DNA of 63,840 nt, filler included, from Choristocarpus tenellus KU-1152 (lineage: Eukaryota; Protista; Phaeophyceae), in NCBI GenBank assembly GCA_964200185.2. It is 10 parts of 10 records of this genome, joined end to end, with 100 filler letters (N's around TTAATTAATTAA, not from the genome) between each part and the next. Parts side by side here need not be neighbours in the genome. Positions count along the whole stretch, not along the records: positions 39,392 to 43,224 come from CAXNAD020017671.1; positions 43,325 to 48,494 come from CAXNAD020011628.1; positions 48,595 to 51,292 come from CAXNAD020025542.1; positions 51,393 to 58,094 come from CAXNAD020007529.1; 6 more parts are not named here. One strand, 5' to 3'. The notes beneath the pieces were generated by a model, which saw only the letters and a program-made list of their open reading frames with translations, was not told the DNA's origin and ran no database searches. A program made the position numbers and the translations under genes. Of the stretch, positions 39,431 through 51,484 are shown piece by piece (the first letter of the stretch is position 1; the number at the start of each line of letters is the position of its first letter).

Positions 39431-41109
39431 ATGTGTTCTGTGGAGAAGAGACACCAGTCCATGGTAGAGGCCGAAGTGATGCTCTACTTGCTGGAGATTG
39501 TCTTAAACAACTTTCATCTGGTGTGGAGGGTTTACTTAAGGCAATAAATCAAATTAAGGCAAGACCGGGACGGTCGTTTTTAGACGGATGTTAGTATTGG
39601 AGGCGCTGGTAAGTACCATCCCGCCGTCCTGGCAGTTGTGTCCAGCCTGGCTTTCTGGCAGGTTGTTTATTAGTCGAAGTCGGGTCCAGATCATCACTAA
39701 GGGGTGAAGGGTTCCGAAATAGGCTGTCGATCATTCTTGCCCTGCAGATGACTATTTCCATCTCGGACGGCATCATCCAACGCACCACGGCCGTAAGGGG
39801 TGACTCTTGGATTGGCGAGATGGAGTGCGAAAGAGGAGGAGAAACGTGGGGGTGGTACTGGTGACACTTGAAGTGATTCACGGACAACAGCTGTCATTCC
39901 TAACGAGGTGATCCCTGCACAAGATGGCGGAGACAAGTAAGGCAATGCAGGCGGAGCTGCATCTCTGACAAGCCTGCGCCAGATGGACCTGGAGCAGTCA
40001 CCACACTCATCCCTGAAGGGGCATGCCCATTGATTGGAGATGGATTCTTGCTTACAGTGCGAGAGAAACAGTTGCCGTACCTGCGACCAGGAGGAGAAGG
40101 ACATTAGCAGGAGCAGTAGCTAAGCCTCCACTAGAGGGGAAAGGAGCAGCTCCATCTGAGGTGCTTGCCACAATGGCACACCTCTCCACGACCCCCCACT
40201 CGCCTGTATAAGGGCTAGAGTCGAACATCCAACTCCCAATGGAGGAACCAAGCGGGCAACCCCTGGAGGGGAAAACCTTGCTATTACCAAGGTGCTTGCT
40301 GTGATGGCAGACTTCGATGTCCCTCTGCTCACCTGTGAAAAGGCTCAAGGTAAGCCTCCAACTCCTGACGGAGAAGGAGCCAAGCAACAGAACCCCAGTA
40401 GGGGAAAGCAATGCTCATTCCAAGGTGGTTGCCACAATGGCAGACCTTGATGACTCTCGCATGGAAGCCACCCTGGCGAATGTGGTGGTCACCAAGGGCT
40501 CCCTGCACAAGACTGATGAGACTGAGGGAATGGAGCTTCACAAGCCTTACCAGGCAAGGAATGCCGTGGCATGCTGCCTGGACCCGAATATTCATTTACC
40601 TCCCCTGTACTCTCATGTATTGCCTGGCCCATTGCAGGGCAAAGTAGGTGGAATAAGAAGCAATTCCAAGGTGCCCATCTTTATCCACCAGGCATGGAGC
40701 ACCACATGTTTAACCAGGGGAGGGGATGCCAAGGCATATAGCTAATGCTAGTTGAGCTTGAACCCCTTCTCCTCCCATGTGCTGTCTGGTGCACTACTGA
40801 ACTAGAAGGGGTCTACACGAGACATCTCCAGGGCTGTATGGTGGATGATTGCAGCTCAAGTACATTGCATATGGTCGAGCCTCATTCCGACTACACATTG
40901 AATACATGTGGCATGACGACTCTTCAGGAGGCGCATTGCGTTGGTTGGAGTTTTCGGTGACCAGTACCAGCTTTGGGGTGCATTGGAGCATATTATACCC
41001 AAGTAATCGAGGATGGAAGAATCTGTTTATGCTGGAGGAATATTCAATCTTGATGTCAAGTAGGCTTTGATTTTGCATCTCTGCTTGACAGCAGTCACTA
41101 ATGGTTTAG

Positions 41110-42120
41110 TCTGCTAGGAGAAGCTCGTTGAATCTCTGTTTGACCACCAGATGTGTGTTGTGCAGCAGAGATATTTCTCTTGTACAGACATATTTATTTT
41201 CCTCTTTTGTTTGCTTGGCTGTGCTGAGCCACACTGAGTGTCATGTATTATGAAATGGGTAACATTGATATTTTCGGGGAGATACATATTTTGCATCACC
41301 TTATGTGTGACTGGGTGTTGTTGTTCTTTTTGTTGACATATTAAAATCGAATTGACAAGTTTGACTTTCATTATGTACTTAAGTGTTGAAGTCTACAACT
41401 ACATACTGTTGATGGTTGGTTTGTTGCAGACAAAGGGATATCTGAATTTGCGAGTTCATTCCCCAAGTATAGCAAGCACATTTAGTGTGAAAGATCATCC
41501 TAGTTGGCTTAAATAGCTAGAGATACCCAAGCGAGTAGCATAAATTTGTTAAGACTTGCTTATACGTGCTCCACCCCACAAGCTTGTAAAAGAGTCACCT
41601 CTCTCAAGAGAAATCCAATCTTGATTTTACCTGTCTTTGTCTTGGCATGCTAAAAATTACATCCCAAATACGCTGTGTTACGACAGGGGAGTCTCCTCTT
41701 CAAGCTTATGGCATTGCCGTTGTTCTATTAGAAATTTTATGCTCTTCTCACTGTGTGTTCACAGCAGGGGAGTGTCATGGAGTTACTTTGAACACTTGTG
41801 TGACTAATTGGTTGTGGAATTGAATAGTAGTTGACTTCACCCCCACATGTACTTGTGATAGGTTGTACTGGTGTGTGCATACAATATTCTTAAGTTCTGA
41901 CAGGTGTTCGATGCGGAAAGACCTGCCCAGAACCTTGAAGTATGGTTAGGAAGTTATTTCGATAATAACTACGCGCAGGTTGCTTATTGTGTGGCATGGT
42001 TTAACATCCTCGAGTGTGTTCTTGAATGTTTTCGTAGTATAGAAGAGTGACAATAGATTTGCTTTGAATCTATTTCAGGCGTTTGGAATGGCATGCTGTC
42101 TGGTTTTCCGTTTGTTTTAT
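41110..42120 (-). pseudogene. Possible highly decayed hAT transposase relic
   Basis: Minus-strand fragments occur in the expected order: YCHSSILRKHSRTH (BED-finger-like), LPENI..F...PSK, then CCTTHIWWSNRDSTSF (hAT TTD.W..SF-like). The similarity is weak. Confidence 0.25.
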
Positions 42121-43205
42121 CATTGATTGCACAATGCACAGCTGCATGCCAGGGTTTTTCTGGATTTACAAAGATGATATTTATGTAGCACCGACTTCTA
42201 GTTATAACTGTGGCTGGATCATGTACCTCTGTGCAACACTCATTGTCGTGTGCAAAATATTGCTCAGTATGAGCCACTACGGCGCACATATGCATTGGTA
42301 CTATGTCCTGCGAGATGTGGTACCCACCCACAGTTTGTTGTGTGTGTGAGACCAAGATTGTTGTTGGTTCTACTTACATGACTAGGTTGTCATGATGGAC
42401 TTTGTTCTTTCTACTTGGCATTCTCACTGATTGGTCGTTTGGAAGCCGTTATATTTCATAGTGCATTATTCCTATATTATTTTCAGCTGAAATTCAGTTC
42501 AAATAATGAATTGAATGACCAGGGGCTAATTTAATAGTACATGCCTCATCTGACTAGGAAGTTATAGTTGCATGGTTTGTTCTTGCTGAACTACCAGGGC
42601 TAGGAGTCTCATATTGTTGGATTTGAATTTCATGTCTGTTCGGAGTATTATTCATGGAGTTCAGTAGCTGGTTATGTCTAGTGACCGCTGACAGTTGTTT
42701 GAGCTAGGAAGGTTGTTTGAATATATAACTAGTTGTAGACATGTAGTCAGTACGTAAGAGTTATTAGTTGGTGAACCCATATTTGCTCTTGTATATTGAA
42801 TCGATGGATAGGAATAGGCTCTATTGACCATGGTACTTTAAGGTTATACGGTCGCCCCCTCTGCTTCAGATAATCACTCCTCTACGACATTCGGCATTAT
42901 CCCTTTATTTATCACTCCTATCCATACATGAGTCGGGGTATCTTTGAATAGGTTTCCCCCCCCCTAATGCATCTGCAATGTGTTAGAGAGCGAAATAATA
43001 TATGTTGGGAAAGTTTAAGTACTCTGAATCTTGTGAGGGTGAGAATTCGCAGTGACAGATACGTAAAGTAGCTGATTTCTTGGCCAGGGAATAAAAAAAT
43101 ATGATGAGGTTAGAAAGTTAAATATTGGAGGGCTGGGGGGAGTAGATCAGATCATCGAGAGATTGAAGGAAAACGAGTGTCAGGAGAAGAGAAGGGATGA
43201 GGGGG

Positions 43206-43398
43206 GGATCAAAGTATCTGGGGGNNNNNNNNNNNNNNNNNNNNNNNNNNNNNNNNNNNNNNNNNNNNTTAATTAATTAANNNNNNNNNNNNNNNNNNNN
43301 NNNNNNNNNNNNNNNNNNNNNNNNTCACCCAAAAATCGCGACATGAAAAAATTGACCCCAAATGGACAGCCGCCACCCCCTCCCAGATACTTTCAGCC
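43206..43398. mobile_element. MITE family B, halves on both sides of a gap
   Basis: ggatcaaagtatctggggg before the gap, then tcacccaaaaatcgcgac...ccccaaatggacagccgcc...agatactttcagcc after it. Confidence 0.8.
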
Positions 43399-43589
43399 TC
43401 ATTCATCTAGTCAACACATTGTCTATGAAGTCTTGTACCTGTTTCTTTAGATGCACCAACACAGTGATTTACAATTGTGTCCCATGATGATCCTTCGCTT
43501 AGTGTATGAGTAATAATTTGAACCAGCCCCCTTTTGCTGTTTCTCTTATTGACGTAGTACTCACTCCCCTAGGCTTGAAGCTTATCATA

Positions 43590-44650
43590 ATTGAACGTCT
43601 TGCGCCATCCTCTCGTTGAGTGAAGTCCTGTGCCACCAACCTGGCCTTGAACTGTTCAGTGGTCCCCTCAGCTGTTGGCTTTATCTTAAATTCAAAATTA
43701 GTCTTGACAGGATTTCTTCCTCATGTCAAAACCTCTCCCTCTATGAATGTTCCTTTCATCCATCGTTGCTCCATCTTCTCCATTACCGCTTGCCATTCTC
43801 GTGTGTCAGGCCCCGTAAGTGCCTCGGATATAGATGGTGGTTCTTGATGGTCTGGAGTAGATATTATTTACTTCCCAGACTTACAGGTCTTCTGCATGCA
43901 GCCCTTTGCTGACAACCTTCCTCGCCAGGGTGCCTCTGAAATCCTCTGCTAATATACTCCCTGGTGCATTCTAGTTTGATATGACATGCCTTGTCCGTCC
44001 ATTAAAATTATCCGATGGTTATCGCTGCTAGAATTGCACCTCAATTGTCTCCATACCAAGTTGTGACCCCTTTGAAGTATGTCCAGCTCCCCCAGGATGC
44101 CTCAAAAATCCTCTGCTAACATTCTCCCTGGTGCATTCTAGTTTGATGTGACATGCCTTGTCCGTCCATTGAAATTATCCGATGGTTATCGCTGCTATAA
44201 TTGCACCTCGATTGTCTCCATACCAAGTCGTGACCCCTTTGAAGTATGTCCAGCTAATTCCTCCGCCTGTTTAGACGGTGTCACTCTCCTCTGGCGACAA
44301 ACGATCTGAAGGTCTCCTTTATCTCCACAGTTGTAGCATATTCCTTCGAAAGAATCAGGGACCAATATTCTTGAGCAGTCCACAGTTTAAACATCTTTTG
44401 TTGGTCCTGATCTGGTTTCTGGTAGGGGATCCTGTTGTGATATGGTCCGTACGTTGACCAGTTGTACCTTGTCCGCCTCCTCCGCTGACGTTCTGTGTTC
44501 TCTTCCTTTCCCTTTTGGTGGAGGCCATAGACAGATTCTTGTGGCTCAGGCTCAGGCTCAGGCTCAGGATCATAACCTGTGCAAATTTACCTTGGGAGGT
44601 AATGCTACTTATCAGTAGTGAAGACAAGAAGGTGTGAAGCCTCACACGAC
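43590..44650 (-). mobile_element. Ty1/Copia LTR retrotransposon relic (gag zinc knuckle joined to RT N-terminus)
   Basis: FEGICYNCGDKGDLQIVC is a CCHC-like knuckle. EPPSISEALTGPDTREW..MEK...GRNPVKTNFEFKIK...EQFKARLVAQDFTQRE matches the Copia RT start and contains a stop. Confidence 0.85.
43925..44255. repeat. Tandem duplication, 167-bp period, inside the Copia relic
   Basis: 43925-44088 and 44092-44255 are near-identical. Confidence 0.9.
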
Positions 44651-45344
44651 CCCCTTCGCTGAACGTGAAAATAATGGATGGTTGAAATTAGAAGAGTGTG
44701 ACCTTTTTGGGGTGTCTTCTTATTGCTTGTTTATTATTATTTGTGCTTCCTACCTAAGTCAACGGTTATGTCAAAGTAGTTGAATGCTGAATAAATATAC
44801 TCATACATTATCCAATACATTATCCGGATACACTATCTCATTAGTTACATCATATGGACTCAATTCAACACAATAATCTCATATACATAAAATAAGGTAC
44901 ACCTCACTATTGTCCTATTTTGCACACATTGTACAATTTTAACATTTGATACATAAACAATATCACGACCCAAAAAAACAATTATAGATGTAGGTCCTAC
45001 TCAAACGTCATTAAACCATCTCCTCTTATTATGTAGAACTCGCCATTAGGATATCATTCAAATTACAATATGAACCCTTCAATTGCGGTCTCCCTCACCT
45101 CACTCCATTCCTACTACTTCCTTCCACTACAATGATGGAGGGCACATACCCAACGACTATATAGTATTTTGCTATAGTAAACTCATGTATACTTCCAATG
45201 GATTCAAGCAACAGCAAGGTCAAGGGTTTTTTGTGTTACTCTCTCAGGAGTAATTATCAAACGCACAACTATTATGTAGGCTACCCATTTCTACTCCTCT
45301 TCTTTTATTATATATATTTATTGTGTCTTTGTGGACTGAAAAAT

Positions 45345-45425
45345 GGACCTCTTAGTTTAGTGGTTAACGAAACGTTTTGCTGCCTGCAACAACAGTAGTT
45401 ACAGGAGTTCAAATCCTGATATACC
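45345..45425 (+). other. tRNA-like Pol III internal promoter (SINE head or tRNA pseudogene)
   Basis: A-box-like TAGTTTAGTGGT at about 45353 and B-box-like GAGTTCAAATCC at about 45405, inside a CAGG...CCTG stem. No clean acceptor stem. Confidence 0.35.
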
Positions 45426-46224
45426 AAATTTCTCTACTGGAAAATCAGGTTTCAATCGTCCAAGTCCGATCGGCAAGATCTGAGGAATGTCAGCCTACCT
45501 GTACTGTGTTCCCCCCCGTCCTTGTTTAATGCGGTGCTGGTGATACCACAGGTACAGGGGTAGCAGGGGTAGGAGGAGCAGCGGGTAGTGGGGTTGTTGG
45601 TGGGGCAAGTTCAATATCAGGGATTGGAGCAAGCTCTGTGGCCGACTCTGTGGGGGGGGGCAAGTGGTGTGACAGCAAGATTCCCAAGACAACTATTTAA
45701 ACAAAATTCACTTCAAAACAGGTGCCTTAGTCCATTGTTAGATTGTGGACATTTCTCCTCTATAGTCCTGTTACAGTAGCTCTAACCTTAACCTTAAATC
45801 ACAGTAAAACACCCCAGCAAAACAACAGGACTCTATAATAGGCATTTTATTATGTTTTACAGCACTGCTTCAAGGTGCTTTTAATCAACCCACACGAGGG
45901 AATTGCCCAACCAAGCATCCACAAATAAAATAAAAATACACTCCTCTCCCAAGCACATAAACAGACAATAAATTCTATGTAACCCCAATGAAAATCACGC
46001 CTTCCTGGTTCAGGGACGTTCAACACAATAGCACAATAAAAACCTCGTCAGCTCTTTGTAATAGTTTGCGTGATAAAAAGAAGCAATCAATAATAAAGAT
46101 ATAAAAAATTGTAACAATAATAAAAAACTTCAAAATGAAAACGCCTTAAGAAGCACCTGCCTACATATGTCGCTATGATATCAGAAACACGCAGGAAACA
46201 CAAAACGAGGTGCCAACATTTCAT

Positions 46225-46603
46225 GAGTGAAAGTATCTTAGAGGGCACGACATTTGCCCTGTTTTGTCCATTTGGCCCACGGCTTCCCATGTATTTTTTA
46301 ACGACATTTTCCTTCTCCAAAATGTTTCGGAGTCAGTAAAAGGTATATACGTTATGAAAAGGTATTGTCTTTAGGGCTAATAACGACATGTATATATATA
46401 TTTATTTATTATAAAATGTATATAAATATAGTTTTCGTTGGTTTCCCCCCTGACACATCATCTACAAAATATCAGAGGGCATAATAATAAAATTTTGACA
46501 AATCCTAATAACCACGATAGCCAAAATTACGTCAAAATCGCAACAAAGAAAGGATTTTGGACCCCAAATGGACGCGGCCCAAGCCTCTGAGATACTTTGG
46601 CTC
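46225..46603. mobile_element. MITE family A, copy 7, carrying a ~140-bp foreign insert
   Basis: Full TIRs with cat/cat flanks. The interior at about 46365-46505 is replaced by AT-rich sequence containing the 38-kb motif. Confidence 0.85.
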
Positions 46604-46784
46604 CATCATTGTCGAGCGACGCCAAGAGTCCAGGACAGCATTCGAGGGGAGCAAGTACAGTGACCAGTAGTGGGGTAGATGAACCCAACAAATTAAACGA
46701 AAGCATGACCAGAGGGAGTACGATTCATTGATCTTAGTGTACAATTTTAGTGACCACAGTAGTAACAGTACGACTGCTATATCG

Positions 46785-46870
46785 TGTGTAGGAGATTGGT
46801 CTTAATGGCGGTTTCATAAACACCATTTATGAACTTGAAGTTCTAGGTTTTAGGAATTGAACTTGTTCAT
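46785..46870 (+). repeat. LTR-like family-2 start fragment
   Basis: tgtaggag..ggtcttaatggcggtttcataaacacca.ttatgaacttgaagttctag matches 9739-9676 (-) and 13573-13645 (+); each copy begins with TGT. Confidence 0.55.
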
Positions 46871-48424
46871 TTTCTCTATACCTTCTACATGGTCGTGATA
46901 CCGTTCATAACCCATGACTCAGTCTAGTACATATTCTTGATCAAACCATATAATTCATAATTGAGGTGAGAGATAAGGAAAATTTGACTACTTCGAAGTA
47001 CTATTCATTGCGGCGCCATTATCAAGCCTGATCATCTACCTCAGACTTGAGGTGGGCTGAGTCTAACTACCCCGTTTGCAGTTGGTGTCTAAACACAGCA
47101 TTTGTGACGATAATTATTGCCTCTCTTTAGACTGGGACTAGGAACCACACTAGCTTGAACCTCTTTAGCCTTGACCCTACCTAGCCCCGACCCATGATCA
47201 GGCACTACACACTATTCTGTCATTATCAACTACGACCTCACTGTTGCACTAAAACTAGTTGTACTGCCCCGGCGGTGACTTGTCTTTTGAGCCATACTAT
47301 TCTAGTAGGGGTTGATTTAGACCCTTTTGAGTATAAACGGCTCATATAGCCTTCTTCCTGATACCCTCATTCCAATGTCTAAAACGCAGCTAATCTCCGT
47401 GAAGAGTATACATGGCGGTCAAGATCAAAGAGGACTCAAACGCTCATCCATAAAAGCCCGGAATTGCCCTCCAGAGTGCGGGAGTGCATGTGTAAGAACA
47501 CAGTCACAGAGTCCCTTATATTCACTCAACGGCAATCCCATCTAGGATATCATAGCTCTTTTGTTGCGTAATGGGTTCAGAGCTTCCACCGCTTATCACA
47601 CTGCCTCCTCCCTCAAATCTTGTGCAGTACTCGCCTCGCTGAAGTAAAACCTTGACACCAGGATTAATCAAGGTTTTCCGTTGAATTTCTCGTGGCTAAG
47701 CAGCAGACAGGAGAGTTTAGCAGTGCCTTCTCGTTGTGCTTGTTGTCACGCAGTTAATCAAAATCAAAATCTCCTTGAAAATCAAATTTGACATTGACCA
47801 GATTTTATCCCATCCATTCCTAAAACAGAAACTGGTGCATATTCACTAGCTCGAGGTTAAGTATGAGAAATAGTAGTACAGTGTGCAGTGCCTCTGACCC
47901 TGGGTTGGAATAGTTTGTGGGCTAGAGTAAAGAAGAGGAACAATAACAACAGCAACAACAATACCAATAGGGTGGTACGGGGGTTCCTTTGTGTTGTGCT
48001 TGCCATTTATAATACATGAAAACATTTTATCAAGTATAGAAGATGTACCCTTTTCCAAGGCGGGTCATGTTGCACGCAAACAGCGCGACAAGAATGCTTG
48101 TGCAATAGTTGCTTGATGTTGTCGTTTGTGTATTATGCAGAGAGATGCTAGTGTGCATCAACCAGTGAGTCAGACTACTCACCTACTACCAAACCCTAAC
48201 CCTATCACTAACGCTTACATTAGCACTAAAACTAACCCTAGCCAAACATTTGGAGACCAAGACAACGGTTAACATCATTCACGTCAATAGTGATGTATTT
48301 TTCCACGAAATTATATCCTCCTACAGGATAAATCAGAATGGAGGATGGTCACCAATGGGTTCTTCGTGAAGAGCAGGTCGTGTTGGACTTGTCGATGTCA
48401 GCAATCCGTGAAAGACAACCCTAC

Positions 48425-48494
48425 TGTTACAGGCGCCCCCCAATGCTCACCTTCCAGGATGTACAACTCAAATCCAACGACCTCAAAACGACGC
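48425..48494 (+). repeat. LTR-like family-1 end fragment at contig edge
   Basis: tgttacaggcgcccc...caggatgtacaactcaaatccaacgacctcaaaacgacgc is similar to 9977-10046. Confidence 0.7.
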
Positions 48495-48633
48495 NNNNNN
48501 NNNNNNNNNNNNNNNNNNNNNNNNNNNNNNNNNNNNNNTTAATTAATTAANNNNNNNNNNNNNNNNNNNNNNNNNNNNNNNNNNNNNNNNNNNNGTGGCT
48601 GTTCCGGCTGGTCTGCCGTTCTCTGGGTGGCGT

Positions 48634-48831
48634 GGGGGGGGGGGGGGGGGGGGGGGGGGGGGTGGGGGGGGGGGGGGGTCTACACCAGGGTGTCCTTTTG
48701 GGCAATAGTCAGGAAAAGTGCACTTATATTATCCATCGGACGTACACAACCAAATCACCCAAAAATCACACCACATGAAAAAATTGACCCCAAATGGACA
48801 GCCGCCACACACACCCCAGATAATTTGAGCC
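48634..48831. mobile_element. MITE family B
   Basis: Long G-tract, GTCTACACCAGGGTGTCC, the family interior, CCCCAAATGGACAGCCGCC and agataatttgagcc. Confidence 0.8.
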
Positions 48832-49470
48832 TTTGAGTTCTAATTCATCTTTTCTTACTCTGTGTGATACACTCTATTCCATTCCTTTACAATAGTCTAC
48901 ACAAAATTGAAATATTCTCTCCTTTCCACTCACAAAGTGACACCACAATTAAGCAACGGCCCTTTCTGAAATTTTGTAACATGGTGTCTTTTCCACCTTT
49001 CCTCGGGATCCTTAAATTGCAAAACCCTGCCTACCTCTCGATTGGTTTGACTCTTTGTACATGTACGCGTGTATCTGTGTGCTCTGAGTATGTCTATATA
49101 CGTATCTGTACAATTCGCAAGAGTGTAGTATAGTATGCATTCTTGAGTAGTGGAGTGACTATTGGTACGAATAGTCTTACAAGATTCTAGAGCATTTAAC
49201 GTAACACTACCATATTTTGTACAACTTGTATGTGTTTCAGGTGCCTTTTTTGTACTTTCTTTTTTGTGCTGCCGTTACGATTCCTCGATGTAGATTTTTC
49301 GGTGGATCGAGCCTCCTCGCAAGGTGACTCGAATTTGTAGTGTGTATACCACATGCTCTCCACAACGTGCATCTAATATGCTCTGTTTCTCCACCTCCAA
49401 TGCTTAATTAGTGTACCAATCAAGCACTCAGTGTGGACCAGTAACTGGTACCATATCCAGTACTGTACAG

Positions 49471-50241
49471 ATCAAACGTGTACTTCAGTCTTTCACGGAC
49501 AGACACACAAACCACAGGCCGTCACCCCCTATTTCATCATCTGTAGAACATGACCCCAGGGTGCTTGGTAATTCAATTGACTATTTTGGAGTACAGAACC
49601 AATAGGACAGTAATAGTTCGTACTGTGTAGTACGAGAGTTTCGTACTGAACACTAGTAGGTACTGAGCTGAGAGTGAGACAAACTGCGAAAGTAGTATCT
49701 AGTGCGTTTTCTGACCTTTCACATCCACCACAGTACCTCGCACAGTACTGCATGACTAAATGCACAAACACACACTGATACAGAGATTGCTGTCCTTCTG
49801 TAGCAAACAACAGGTGCATACAATGAACTGATAGCATGCACAAACTCACACGCATTACTGTCCTGTCAAACCAAAACAGGCAACAACAACTCTTTCGACA
49901 TTGTCATCATGGCAACGGGGTTTGAATCAACACATGCAAGATGGCTGTCTCCTGCGCTTTCTTCGCCTTCAAAAAACAATGTCAACCAGAGAGTAAATGG
50001 CAGCTCTAGAGCTAGCCCAGGATGTAGCAGTGGTTGCAGAGAGAACCAAGCCATGATGCAGAGAGTGCGATTCTTGTTAACCTCCCTAGGAAGAGTTCCA
50101 AGAGGGAAAAGGCGGGGTGAAGAAGGACGAGTACACATGGTTGGTTTCAAGCTTGGAAATGCCTTGCTTCCGTTGCTGGAGATGGGGATCGAGGCTCAAA
50201 TGGTTGCAAGAGTCATCGCTACAGACAAGGACCCCTGGTAG
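49471..50241 (+). CDS. Flavin-containing monooxygenase, YUCCA-like, 3' exons
   Basis: Terminal exon 49880-50241 (aaacag|) encodes SFDIVIMATGFESTHARWL ... RVHMVGFKLGNALLPLLEMGIEAQMVARVIA. This matches the FMO/YUCCA D.+I+ATG[YF]..W and GLY.VGF...L.G...A..+A motifs. A possible prior exon is 49471-49567 (phase 1). Confidence 0.6.
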
Positions 50242-51392
50242 TCAAGTAAGGTCTACCGGAGTGCTTGGTAGGATGGGTGTTGTGACATGTGTATATGTTC
50301 GATTTTGTGCTGGTACACACTCGTAGTAGCACCTCGGAAGAACACTGCTCATTCTGAGTGACCTCGGTGCACATGGGGTGACTCATGTCACTTATCCCTT
50401 ATGATATCTCATCCTGATCAGAAAACTGCCCGGATAAGAGGGGAGGTTTGTAGTCTATTTAGTCGAACCTTGCTTTCTTTATACCCATCAGAAATAAAAA
50501 GGAGTTCCTGATTGCGCAAGTTGAAACATCCAAAATCAATTTTTCCCAGCTCCAGAGTTGAACTTAAAGTACTGCTGAACCTTTTGGAGTTGTAATGAGG
50601 TCAGGTGGTATTGTTTGTATGAGGATATAATAGTTTCCTGCAGGCCTCGCTTGTAACTGCAGAGCGTGACGGGATGTAAGTGCGCAAACCGACTGCTCTC
50701 TCCGACATCAAGCATTGCATCGCAATACACACAACTCTGAAGAGATAATGGAGGTGTTTTGTCTGTTTAGTGTGATTTATTCTTTTCTACCAGTTGGATT
50801 TCACAGTTGCCTACTCTAGATATGAGATATGGCATATATCTTCAACTTCCAAATAAAAGCAGTAGGATATATATGGGAAAGGAGATAATAATACTTTATA
50901 TTTTTGAAAACACAGGAGTGTTGTGTATGTAAATAATACGCACCTTTTCCCCTTGTGTTGGTCGTCTCTTATCTCTCGATGCTCTCAGTTACCCCATCGC
51001 CTATGCACCCAACTCTAGCCACACTGCTGCCAAAACCCCAGTTAATTGATCTCACCGCTTTATTTGGAGGTCGGCCTGCGCTCTACTATGAATGAGGTGC
51101 CTCCGAACATCCCCTAGTGACGCAAAGAGTCGGGGCATGGGGTATTGTCCGTTCAGGAACATGGACTGGTGTTGAAATGCAACGTGGGCTCAGAATGTGT
51201 TGGTGGGGAGCTGTGAATAGGGTGAAGACATTGCACCTTCGGGGGAGGATGGGGGAAGTTCTTAGTTAATAGGTGGGTTGGGGTGGATGGAGNNNNNNNN
51301 NNNNNNNNNNNNNNNNNNNNNNNNNNNNNNNNNNNNTTAATTAATTAANNNNNNNNNNNNNNNNNNNNNNNNNNNNNNNNNNNNNNNNNNNN

Positions 51393-51484
51393 TTGGATGG
51401 ATAATGTAAGTGCACTATTCCTAGTTTCGGCCCAAATTAACAACTTGGTGTAGTCCCCCCCCCCCTCCCCAGATATTTTGGGTC
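51393..51484. mobile_element. MITE family B, partial at contig edge
   Basis: ggatggataatgtaagtgcac...cccaaattaac..ggtgtagt, a C-tract, then agatattttgggtc. Confidence 0.7.

Noticed and set aside
39590-41080. Cluster of overlapping GC-richer ORFs
   Set aside because: The frames are fragmented with no identifiable domain; probably a decayed repeat.
48192-48245. Telomere (CCCTAA)n
   Set aside because: Only two or three degenerate interstitial units are present.
49909-50241. TrmK-like methyltransferase (VIATDKDP)
   Set aside because: Extending the exon to its acceptor reveals FDIVIMATGF, which fits a flavin monooxygenase much better.
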